Shown here piece after piece: positions 1 through 10,727 of a stretch of DNA of 39,242 nucleotides. The stretch covers positions 1 to 39,242 of the forward strand of contig JYFJ02003645.1 of NCBI GenBank assembly GCA_000934665.2. The letters are read 5' to 3'. How positions within the stretch are numbered: the first letter of the stretch is position 1; each line of letters starts with the position of its first letter. This DNA comes from Catajapyx aquilonaris (Eukaryota). A program made the translations under genes and the position numbers. Under the pieces are notes generated by a model, which worked only from the letters and a program-made list of their open reading frames with translations, was not told the origin of the DNA and did no database searches.

Positions 1-1581
1 CATCACGCTGGGAGGGACGAGGTGATTCATACCCAGTGAGTTTTTGTCCCAGTTTTTGTCCAGTGCTCTGAAGGATAAAAAGGTGGCTTAAGTGTTTTTT
101 TTCGAGTGGTCCACACTGGACAGATAAGAGTATAAAAATATTGGTGCGGATCCATAACACTCGATGGATGATTTTTTCAAATTGATTTTGCTTTCCAGTA
201 CTTGTCAAATGAATAGTAAATCGGTTTGGGGACCTGGTTCGCAACACCTTCGTACAACACACTAATATCCCCCCAGTGTGCATGGTTGTTTGTCTTTTAA
301 GCGCGTGGAGCTTGAGCCCCCCTCTTTCCTGGCATGTCATTTAACATTGTTAGTGCTTAATGAGGGTTCGTAAAAGCGGGTTTACGTTGTCATTCGCGTA
401 CCTACAAGCTGGTACCTGGTACAAAAAAAAAGAAGTGTTGGCCGTGAAATGGGCCGGCTCGTTAGTACAGGTGTAAATCATGCCAAATGTGTTCTTAAGA
501 ACTGCACGTGCTTTCTCTCCACTTATTTTGAGTGGTTTATTTTTACTAGTTGTCGCAATGACGAGTGCTTTTTGAGTTAGTCAGCTCGGTGATATTCTCG
601 TTAACTTGTCCAACTCTTAATTACAAACCGAAAATTATCACAGAGATTAGTATAGCGTCCAATCAAAATTTTGAATAAAGTGCAAGTTACACTGAAATCA
701 ACGAGGCAGGTCGAACACATGACGATTTTTTTTTGTAAGCGACGTTATTGTTAGCAGTAATAATTAGCGAACAGTAAATGACCATCTTTTAAATATGATT
801 ACAGAGGCAATAGAAAGTTGAAAGCAAATTTTTCACTCAAAATGAGGCCTGTGCTATTGCAAGTTCATAAAAGGTGGGGGTGTACCCCTCCACTCAATTT
901 GAGCAGAAAACCACTCAAGATACTTTGAAGAGTTTTGAAGGAGAGTACAAGAAGACTGTACGATCAATCTCTTAATTTTGATGTAAGGATCGTGCAACCA
1001 CCCCCAAAAGTTTCCATCTAAAGCCCTCGGAGGGGTTAGCGACGTTGTAATCATCCAACCTCAACGTGAACAAGCTGCTTGCACGTAATTGAGCCCTGTA
1101 CACACGAAATTGTCATGGAGAAAATAATAGAGCCATGTCCTGTTTTTTTCTCACCAGGAAATAACCTGCTGTATTTTATAATTCATGTTAGATCAGCTTG
1201 AATTCCGCGTTCAAGTGGACCTGTGCAAGCAAAGCGTGTCACCATCGCGATAAATAATTTGGAAGCGACATGGCAACCCGTGAGATGGCATGGAAATAGC
1301 CGCTCTGTAGCCTGTCACTAAGACAAAACCCGAACCCACCATCGCAAGGGTCAGGCTTGACTGAGAGAGAAAAATCCAGGAGGGGGGGAAAAACCCCAGA
1401 CTGAGACCAGAGGGGATTTTGGGGAGAGGGGGGCCCCCTAGAATCGATAGCCCTGATTAATTTACTGCTAACCGAGTCGGAATAACAAGTTTCCATAAGC
1501 AGGGAAGTCAAGGAGAGTCTGAAGCTGACAACTTACACTGTATAAAATAGCTATATTATTACATCTTTTGCTGTACATTAA

Positions 1582-1800
1582 TGGTGTCGTACTGGTGACG
1601 CCACCAGCGGAAAAAGAGCGAATCGAAAACTGCCCTCCGGATGACCACATCCACTTTGATCGAAAGTTGTCCTCCGGATGACCACCTTCACTTTGATGGA
1701 AAGTTGTCCTCCGGATGACCACCTTCTCTTGATCACGTAGGGCAATTTTCGATTCACTCTTTTTTTCGACATCGGCTGGTGGCGCCACCAGTACACCGTA
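1582..1800. mobile_element. MITE-like element, family A copy 1 (~55-bp imperfect TIRs, internal 37-bp tandem repeats)
   Basis: Left arm gtactggtgacgccaccagcggaaaaagagcgaatcgaaaactgccc is the imperfect reverse complement of right arm gggcaattttcgattcactctttttttcgacatcggctggtggcgccaccagtac. A related copy lies at 3814-3995. Confidence 0.8.
1634..1730 (+). repeat. 37-bp tandem repeat (~2.6 copies) inside MITE A
   Basis: cctccggatgaccac starts at 1634, 1671 and 1708 (period 37). Confidence 0.9.
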
Positions 1801-1871
1801 CACTTGTAGATTGTGCAAAAATTTGAAGTGTACTGTTTTAACACTGTTTCTTAATTTCCTAATTGTTGCAG

Positions 1872-1926
1872 ATGGAGATGTGGAATCGAGCGGGGTTCCT
1901 CCTGGCCGTCCTGATGCTTCTGAAAG
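1872..1926 (+). CDS. Probable short coding exon encoding a signal peptide (MEMWNRAGFLLAVLMLLK-) of a secreted or cell-surface protein
   Basis: Acceptor ttcttaatttcctaattgttgcAG (AG 1870-1871) is followed directly by ATG. 18 codons + 1 nt, then a strong donor AAG|GTAAGC (GT at 1927). Basic residue followed by a hydrophobic core (FLLAVLMLL). A phase-1 intron after a leader exon is typical of modular extracellular proteins. A second frame (DGDVESSGVPPGRPDASE) is also open, so the frame is inferred. Confidence 0.6.
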
Positions 1927-3813
1927 GTAAGCATTAATTAGCATATTTTCTGAGAGAGAGAGAAGAGAGGATGCATTTTGGGGGCTCCACCCCCCTCCCT
2001 TTAGCCCTCCCCCTCCCCCCTTTTCTTTCCAAATGGGACCCTAACAAGACACATATTGCGACACGGTTCCTGCTGAAACCGCTCTCGGGTCCGGACATTC
2101 CGTAGCTAAGCAGCTCTAAGTTTATCACTTTTAATCCACTTGCGCATCGCCGCTGCGAAGCTAAATTATCTACTTTGCCGGAGAAGGTTAAAACGACACT
2201 CGCAGGACCATTATCATGATAATGCATTGCCTTACCTTAGTTTCTCATTCGCATCACAGGGGCTAGACAAGAAGCATGAGAGAAGAGGGTTTGGCTTTTT
2301 TTTTTAAAGGGATTTTTTGGGGGGGGGGCTAAGGGTGGGCCAAAAAAAGGAAGACGGTGTTGCATTCCGCGGATCTTCTGTGTCTATCGATCTGGCAGCT
2401 GTGTTATTCCGCATTGTTTTATGCAATACCGGTTTTTAAGTTGGATGCGCAAATTTTTTTATCGTAGTTCCACGTTTGCGAAATATTCACGATCAGATTA
2501 GTCAAAATGCTGATCTCAAATTACGTAATTGTGAATTTATCTTTAAATCGTTTTTGTAAATATGAGACACCATTGGACCTGATGGGAATGTGTTAGTGCG
2601 GGAACGAAATTCCAACAAAAAGTTTCAAACTCATCAGAACATGAGCGTGAGTTTCATGTAGTATATTGTAGTGCTGTTCGGGGTTTTGCGAATTGATACA
2701 GTGTCATTCCATGTCCACATGATATCCAATTCGGTCGTGTTCCGCGTATCATTCAATATCACATGACATGGTGTATATAGGGCTATACACCGACCAAATT
2801 TTGCAATTCAAGAGAGATGTAGGTGTGTCCATTAAGCATATGAGAACTAACCAGTATATGCTTGTAGGACAGGGGGCGGGCTTAGAAACTTTATAACTTT
2901 CCTGCCAATTTTTTATTGGGTCATATCGTAGTTTCTCCGCGTTACATCCGCGAAAACGATACAAATGGTGGGTATTTAAGACCCAGGAGCTGGGGCCTTA
3001 AAAGTTGAAGAAGTTTATAGCTCGCCATGCGTCCCACGGTTTCTGCCAACACCACCCCCCCTCCTAAAAATAATAAAATCAAATGAGAAATTTACTGCCA
3101 AACACTTAGGATCTACCATGGCATAATTTCTCTCCACCCTCTATAGTCTTTAGATGCTTTATGGTTACTTTCACTCGTGGTCTTTATGATGAAAAGCGGT
3201 TTATAATCCTCACTTCGTTCCGATTATCATAATGCCCAACGTTAAAAACGTACATGTTCGGCACACTCATCTTGCCCCGAGTGATAAGCCTTCCCTAAAT
3301 ATGCACCAGTAATTGCGAGACAAAGCCTATATAGTTGTATAGTCTTGTGAAGTCGCGAAAGTCGATAGTTGCTCCAGGGGACGGAAATCGGGATAATAAT
3401 TAGGAAGCAGAGATGAACATATTGGAGCAGACGTAAAGAAAATCCCGCAAATTCTTCCTCTCTCTTTATTTTGTGTGCAGATTTTCCTCCGCCTTTTGCC
3501 TCTTCCTGTTGCGATTGATTCTGGAGATAATGAAGTAAATTCCTAGACATTCCCCCTCGAGGGAAGCGGGGAAAAAAAAGATGCGCTGCTGCACAAATTT
3601 TTTGCAGCGTCTGACACCTTCCGCTTTTCAAGAGACGAAACTGGCATTGCTTGAATTGCATTAAAAAATAATAATTTAATATTTTTCGTACTAAACGGGC
3701 CGAGTTGGGCATATCCTGGCTTGTATGCAACCGCACCCTTGTATAACGTACAGCATAACTTGCAGGATGAACAGGTCTAGTATGATCGCACTTGCCTTGT
3801 ACAGTACAGTGCA

Positions 3814-3995
3814 GTACAGTGCTTGTAGCGCCACGGGCCGTTTGATGCAAAAGAGCGAATTGAAAGTTGCCTTCGGATGACCACCTTCACTCGATTAAAT
3901 CCAGTGAAGGCGGTCAGACGGAGGGCAATTGCGATTCGCTTTTTCGCCGCCAGCAGCTGGGGGCGCCACCAGTACGACACCGTCCAGCACTGTAC
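3814..3995. mobile_element. MITE-like element, family A copy 2 (diverged)
   Basis: Shares aaaagagcgaat, cggatgaccaccttcact, agggcaatt..cgattc.ct and ggcgccaccagtac with 1582-1800. caccagtacgacacc (3967-3981) is the exact reverse complement of 1583-1597. Outer gtacagtgc/gcactgtac inverted pair. Confidence 0.75.
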
Positions 3996-4782
3996 AGTGT
4001 AGGCCTACTATATGCATATTGTACGCGTACTGAAATCCTCCTAAAACGGGCTTGTCCCATGGGATGATTCGGAAGTAATCAGGTGGCAGCGTGAGTGCGA
4101 ATAGTCGGGTATAATTAAGCATCTTCCTCATCACGCAAAGTGCAAAGTACTGTACAGGGGGCACAAGTACTGCACCTGCCAACGACTCAATTAATTGTTG
4201 CGGCAATTAGTGGGTAGCCTTCTACACACACACACACAAAATTTTACCTGAGAGGTCATATGCGGTGGGATAATGCACTACCTTTTTTTTTGAAGTGGGT
4301 CGAAAGTGACGTTGTTCCGTCCAAATAATTAGTAGTGTACGGCATGGTAGAATCGGTCGAACGCTAATTACGACAGTTCTGAAGTGATAATTAAGCTGGG
4401 TGGGTGGGGAGGTGGAGGAGGAAGGGGGGGGGAGGGGGGTAAGCCGGCTAATTATTTCCTGGTCATGAATTTCGCAGAGCACCTAGCGCTTAACCACACT
4501 GGCATTTCCACCTAGGATGGCCAGGGGTGAAATTGAAAATGATGGAAGTGGGTGGGGGGGATGGGAGGGTTTTTTAAAAAAGTTGAGGTCTAGGGAGGGG
4601 AGAGACTCCCTGGAAAGTGATGGATTCCGACTGGATGCAACTCTAAGTGGGTTGGAAGCATGGAATCGAAGATGAACTCCGGTTCTAAGGGGAGAAAGCT
4701 TGAGGGTGGTCCCCTCCTCTTACTCAATGATTATGTAAAGACTTGATAATCCGGCTGAGAACGACAGTACCATATCCATCAC

Positions 4783-4965
4783 GTAGATGGCGCACTACTG
4801 CCACTCTCAGGGTCGTGCGAAGGGTCACGCATAGCCAATTCTACATTATGGCTAGTAGTGAACCCGTTGGGCCGCTAACAGATGGCGCATAAGCTCCCTC
4901 TCTGCACACTGCTGCCGCTCTCAGGCGGCAAGCAGTACTACCTGCACGTTGGTGATGAGTCACCA
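4783..4965 (+). repeat. Short dispersed repeat starting with AGATGGCGC, two tandem partial copies
   Basis: agatggcgcactactgccactctcagggtcgtgcg (4785) and agatggcgcataagctccctctctgcacactgctgccgctctcagg (4880) align with 19674-19727 and 35132-35148. Confidence 0.55.
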
Positions 4966-6240
4966 CGAGGACAAAGCCCACTAGGGTGCTATCTCGCCTC
5001 CGTTGAAGTGTCCTCTGTTGTGTCCTGTCATTACTGAACGGGAAGAGTGATAACTATGGTAACTGCATGCACGTTGGTGATGAGTCGACGCGGTGTATAG
5101 GGACAGCGAATTCTGAATATATGTGAAGACTGTCACATGTGACTGGACTATACCTGACATTTTTTTTCTCTCTCGATCGGATCTCGATTAAATGGCAGAC
5201 CCAACTTTGAAGTCCCCCCCCTGGTGCCACTGTATAATTCATATCTTCCAACAAATCGGAAGAGAGGCCCCTTTTCCCTCTGCTTTGAAAATGAAAATAT
5301 TCCGGACCCCCCCGGACCCCCTTTTTCTGCGTAGTGTCGTCTGGGAAAATGTTTGTGCGGAGTGGAAATGTGTCTGTCGATCTTTGGACCCCCGTTCGAT
5401 GTCCGACCCTACCGTTGGGAGAAGGATTTTCTGGAGAAAATGAATTATTTAAAGTTTTTTAGCCGAATTATTACTGTCGGACCTGAGTGGGGGGGGGGGG
5501 GGNGGGGAATTTTAATGTGGAAAAAAGGGAGGTGACTTTTGACTGTACTTGTTCAGAATGTACTGAGCAATGTACAGAGAAATGTGCATTACAGGTTGTG
5601 CAGTCAATTAATATATTTTAATAAATTTCAAGAAATCTTCATTACCCTAGTACTGTACTCTTCAGGAGAACAATTTCCATATTAGCAGTTGGAAAGTAAC
5701 TTGCTATTAATAATAATATTAGTGTGAATAAATAGCTGACTGAAACTGTTATTTCATGTGGAACTCTGCTATGAAGCACACATTTTTGTGTGAACTTATA
5801 ATGATTTTTGAACTTTCCGTGCAAGTGTCTCAAAGTTTTAAAAAAAGTCGTTTTATTTTTTTACGAGCACAAGTTAAGCCGTGAAGTTTAAGAATTAAAA
5901 ACTCGTTCTTCTTCACTTAGCAATATTTAACGCCAGCAGAGTGATGCTTGCCGTGTCGTCGCTTCCGGCGGTATTTTCAAGGGAAAAGTAAAAAAAAAAA
6001 AAAAAAACGGTTGCAACAACATTCCCGGGCCCAGCACAACTTGGCGAGATTAATGCAGCCATTATCTCTGAAGGCAGCTCTTTTTTTTAAAAAAAAATGG
6101 GGGGGGGGGGGACCGGATAACGTTACGCCACAGGGTGAGTCAGCGATTGCATCAGTTTTTTTGCTGAAAATCGTATCGTGAGTTGAAGATTCTCAAAGCC
6201 AAAGGTTGGGTTGAAAAATCGACTAACTGCGACTGCTTTC

Positions 6241-6742
6241 CAGTAGCAGTTATTTGATCCGCATTGATCTTAGTATAAAATGCACATTATTTTCGCTAAT
6301 CAGGGTGTAATTATGAAACGCCCTGTAGAGTGGCCCTATTTTTCATTAGTAGCCTAGGGTCTAGTGACAAATTCACTGCTATTGAATCAGTATTGGCAGG
6401 TTTTTTACTGACTCCTATTGTTATTCAAAAGTAGCGGTGATTACAAGCAGTTATTTGATTTGTATTGATCTATAGCCCTGTAGCATAATGCACGTGCACA
6501 CGCAGTGTTAATTAGAGTGTAATATTATGAAACGTCCTATAGTGTGACTGCTGATTGTAATTGGTAATGATAAATTCGCTGCTACTCTGCAGGCTTTTAA
6601 CTATAAACTACTGTTATTCAAAAGTAGCAGTGATTAATAGTAGTTATTTGATCAGCGTGTGGAATATAGCATAATAGCGCAATTCACATGCGGCCTTTTT
6701 GCTAATGAGGGCATATTTCATTAACAGTGACAAATTCGCTGA
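6241..6742 (+). repeat. Degenerate ~200-bp tandem repeat, ~2.5 copies
   Basis: ag(c/t)agttatttgat at 6245, 6446 and 6639. tgttattcaaaagtagc(g/a)gtgatta occurs twice, tga(c/t)aaattc(a/g)ctg three times and ttatgaaacg twice. Confidence 0.75.
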
Positions 6743-9714
6743 AGTTTCGAGCAAATATGCGGACTTGGAGGCTTCCAAACTCTATATGCCTGGAGGGCAT
6801 GTCCCTGCCTTGGACATGGCAATTGCATTTGGAAGGTTGGGAGGGTCGAGTTGGGTTAGAGAGGTGTCTAATAGTGGCCAAAGTGCTCTGCGACACTCGG
6901 CGACAGGTTTGGATGAGCCAAAGGAGGGAAAATCCGGCTGTAATACAATTTCCCTTCCTCAACCCCCTTCCCCCTACCCCCCTTCCTGTTATCTCGCAGC
7001 CAGCAGATTTATGTTGGCAGGTACGCATGCTGTCATCTCAGTTTTTGGAGACCGGGTTGGGACAGGGATGTCTGGAGCTTAAGCCGCCTTCATAGCCGCT
7101 TTTGGCCCGTCGCTTGTTATCAGCCACGACCAATTAGAGGAAAGTAAAAAAAAAAAAATGGGGAGGAGAGGGGAAAAAATATTTTGCGAACCGTTTTTCT
7201 GCTTTGGATGGTGCAATTCAACTCTGTGTATGCAGCATGACACTAGATTTTTTTTGTGGGGGTGGGGAGGGGAGAAGAGTGGGTTTCATGCAGTGTGAGG
7301 GGGGTGGGAAGGATTGTATTGACATTTTTGGGTAATTAGGTCTTTTGTGCGAGGGAAAGCCGAACACTGTGCGATTGTGAGAGAACTGGAATCGTTTGTT
7401 GAATGACTCCTGCTGCACCTATGTTCAAAGGCAGACAATGATCTCTCCCCACACACACAAAAAAAGAGGCCAGCAATATAAAAATATTACTGCAAATGAA
7501 CATGCACGCACCATTGCAATTACATCACAGCTTAAACCAGCCCATTCTCAAATAGGAAGCTGCATATCTACCTTTTAACAATTACATAACAATTACAGCC
7601 GCATGAGAAAAATTGAAAATGATTTAGGCCACTGCTTGTAGTTCCTTGTCAGTTGGTAAACCTATTACAGCTTATTTTACAGGGTGTTCCAGATTCGTTG
7701 GTCACTTTTTGATAACTGATATCGCCCGATAGCAGTTATTTTTTGTAGCTTGTTGTGCTCCTAACCATGTGCCCCATTCTATAACTGTCATAAGCATTAT
7801 GTGGGAAGTTTGATATGCACCATGGTGTCTCGCGAGTTAGATCATGCAAACTTCTGGTGCAATCTGGAAGTAGACGGCCCCATATCCTTTGGTATGGCGG
7901 CTTTGCTCATCGGATGGTGGCAAAGAGAGTTGACAGGTCGCTTGCATGGGCGTCACACAGTCTCGCCGATCTGGGATTAATCCCCTCCATGGCACAGCCT
8001 CCCTCTCTTTCCTCCCTCCCTCAAAATGGAAGATTACACGACGCTGACCTCACCCCTTTCGCGCAGCCATTGTTGCCAACTACACTGTAATTAATCGCGA
8101 ACCACATGAATAGACTGGGGGAGGGGGTGGGGGAGACATGGCTTTTCCCCAGCAGCATCGTGTAGTCAAGAAGATGAATCGAGCAGCATGTGTAGGCAAG
8201 TCATGGCGAGAGATTGGTCTTTTGTCTTTCTCTTCTCTACCCTTTGCTTCTCTACCCCTTCCATCACCTGGGCCCGGAAGCAATTAGGAAAGCAGCATCC
8301 CATGGTGATGTCTTTGCACTAAAGAGATTTTTTTGGGGACGCAAGTTTTACTGAACACAAAAAAAGCGGTTGGGGATGACAGTTTTGCCTGAATTAATTA
8401 CTGTGGAAGAGAGTGTGTTTCATTCTCCCAAGGCCCCGGGCGACTGATACCATTGGGTCGCATGGCATCGCGTGTGAGGCTCTCGGTCCGTTGCACCGCT
8501 CCAGGAAATATTATTCTCTGTGAATTGCGATGGCGATGTCAACTCCATTACGGTTGTAGTCGCGCTAATGAGAAATCATCATTTGATTGATTACAGCTTT
8601 TTTTTTGTAGGTAGGTATGGGAGCTGCCGGAAAACACAGGTCCATATTTTTGGATTGGGGCAGTCATCGATGATATTGTCTGCTCGAAGCGACAGTGTGC
8701 ATCGAAATGTACAGAGTTGGGAGTAATAACACTAAACAACTTGCTCACCCAAATCGAATGACGCTATAGGACAAACAAGATGTTTAAATGATCCAAAATA
8801 AAATCGCGCAGAAATTTTCAATATCAAAAATGTTCGTTGAGTGTACCCTGTGCAGCAATGAAATTATTCAACACACTTCACTATGTATATTATGGTCATT
8901 ACAGTCGCGTAATTTCACATGTGAAAAAAGTTGTTACGATCAGTTGTTTGATTCTAATTAATTCGGTAGCATATTGATTAAACACAGATTTTTTGCTTAC
9001 TTTAAAAAAAACCAATGCATAGATGCTGATTTTGAATTATTTAGTCAAAATGTGGGCACATTCACACCACAGTTTCTACATACAGTATATTGAAAATGTA
9101 CGACCAGTTTGTGTCATGTTTGCAGTGTTTACAGTACGTGACATTACATTGTAACAAATCTGCAGATTTTTAATGGCCTATTTTTCAACGGAATCTGTCA
9201 GATTTTGTCAGTAAATGTCGTCCCCTTTCACAGTGTTATGCGCTGTGCTGTGCAACCACGTAATTGTTGCTACTTAATAAAATTCAAGTTCCAGGCACCA
9301 TCACTGTTCAAATAGGATCATCAAAGGGCGAATTTGGCCTGTTTTTAAAACGGCCCCTTTTTGCAAAAATGAGCCCATAGCAGCATTGTTTTTTTTAAAA
9401 AAAGGCCCCCCGTGATTGATTTTGTGCGGGATGATTTTACACCAGACATGGTCCCGGTAGGCTGCAATTTTTCGGTGCATACCTACGCTCTATTAATCGA
9501 CACGAGAGGCTTACGACCGCGATGAAAAAAAATCCAAAATGTTGGCTTACACAACCCTAAATTACGCGCACTTTTTAGCAGCAAAAAGGGTACATAGTTG
9601 TTCAGGATATTAGTTAATCTACGTTTTAAGTTGGCAATTTTGTTAAAAGTCGTCAGGTGGTCACGAGTGGATTTAGTCAAACAAAAGGCGGGATATTATG
9701 ATGCAAAGTCATAG

Positions 9715-9736
9715 CACCAGGTTAATTAACCTGGTG
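9715..9736. repeat. Perfect 22-bp palindrome CACCAGGTTAATTAACCTGGTG
   Basis: The sequence equals its own reverse complement. Confidence 0.9.
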
Positions 9737-10478
9737 GATGGCTCCCGTTGAGCGTGTTTAAGCCGATCCTCCATCACTCCCTTAAATAGCTGCAGCGCAA
9801 CAGCAGTTATGCAGGGTAGGACACGCCTGATTAATGGTCCGGTGAAAAGGCCCCAAGCTCCGATCGTCAGAGCAGCCAACTTAAGAGTGGTCCAGCACGA
9901 AATGAGGCTGCTTATTTAGCAGATTTTCAAGAAAGAAGAAAATATCGGAGGTTAGATAAGTATTGGTGGACCAACATGATCAAAATGTTTAATTTCTGCG
10001 TGGTTGGAAGCCCCCTGATGTGTATTATCAGGGGCCTTTTAACTTTCCCCCTGATTAATGCAGGGTATGGGCCGATCTGACACCTGCTTTGATTACCCAC
10101 AACCTCCCATCTCACTGCTAAAATCTCTGGTAGCCTATATGAACGAGCCCCATGACGGCCCCCGAAAAATTAAGCGCTGCCACTTACCGTTATTTCTCAA
10201 TTAGGGTTTCATTGCCGCCTTGTTGCGGCCATTAGCCACCGACACGGATTGGGACGCACTTTCTCGGGTCATGCTTTTCCCTCCTGCCTGGCACACCTCT
10301 CATGTTAGACTCCCCCACTTGTTAGTAGCAGCGATTTAATTAGTGTCCGCCCGGCCTCAACACGGCTTGGTTGTCAACCTTTTACGGTTCAGATCCTTCT
10401 GGGAGCCTAGGATTTATAGCCGTTTTAAAAATTAGGTTAACCGATTATAGGTCGCTCTAATCGGGAACGACTATGGTG

Positions 10479-10727
10479 ACCTAACCTAACCTATTCTAAC
10501 CTAACCTAACCTATCCTAACCATATTCTAACCTAACCTAACCTATCCTAACCATATCTAACCTATCCTTTCGATCGGTTCTCGCCGTGTTTGCGTGGGTT
10601 TTCTCAGGGTTCTCCCGTTTCCTCCAACTACCAAAAACCCACTATACGATTGCCAGATAGCCTTAGTTGCTTTGGCACAACAAACAAACATATCACCTAT
10701 CCTAACCATATTCTAACCTAACCTAAC
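10479..10727 (+). repeat. Degenerate (CCTAA)n / TTAGG-like tract interrupted by an insertion
   Basis: acctaacctaacctattctaacctaacctaacctatcctaacc on both sides of 10569-10695. Confidence 0.85.
10577..10690 (+). mobile_element. 5'-truncated SINE with a V/Meta-type conserved core and an (AAAC)n tail
   Basis: gttctcgccgtgtttgcgtgggttttctcagggttctcccgtttcctcc resembles, from memory, the V-SINE core GTTCTCCCCGTGTCTGCGTGGGTTTCCTCCGGGTGCTCCGGTTTCCTCCC. Ends in acaacaaacaaaca (10677-10690). No tRNA head is visible. Confidence 0.7.

Noticed and set aside
3242..3850. 202-aa minus-strand ORF
   Set aside because: Non-ATG start inside a MITE, no recognisable motif and no splice support.
6728..7020. Possible 293-nt exon (ttaacAG ... 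CAG|GTACGC) open in two frames
   Set aside because: The acceptor lies within the third unit of the 200-bp tandem repeat, the donor is weak, and neither translation resembles a known protein.
9144..9238. Short acattgtaa...cacagtgt MITE-like segment
   Set aside because: The terminal match is under 10 bp with mismatches and could be chance.
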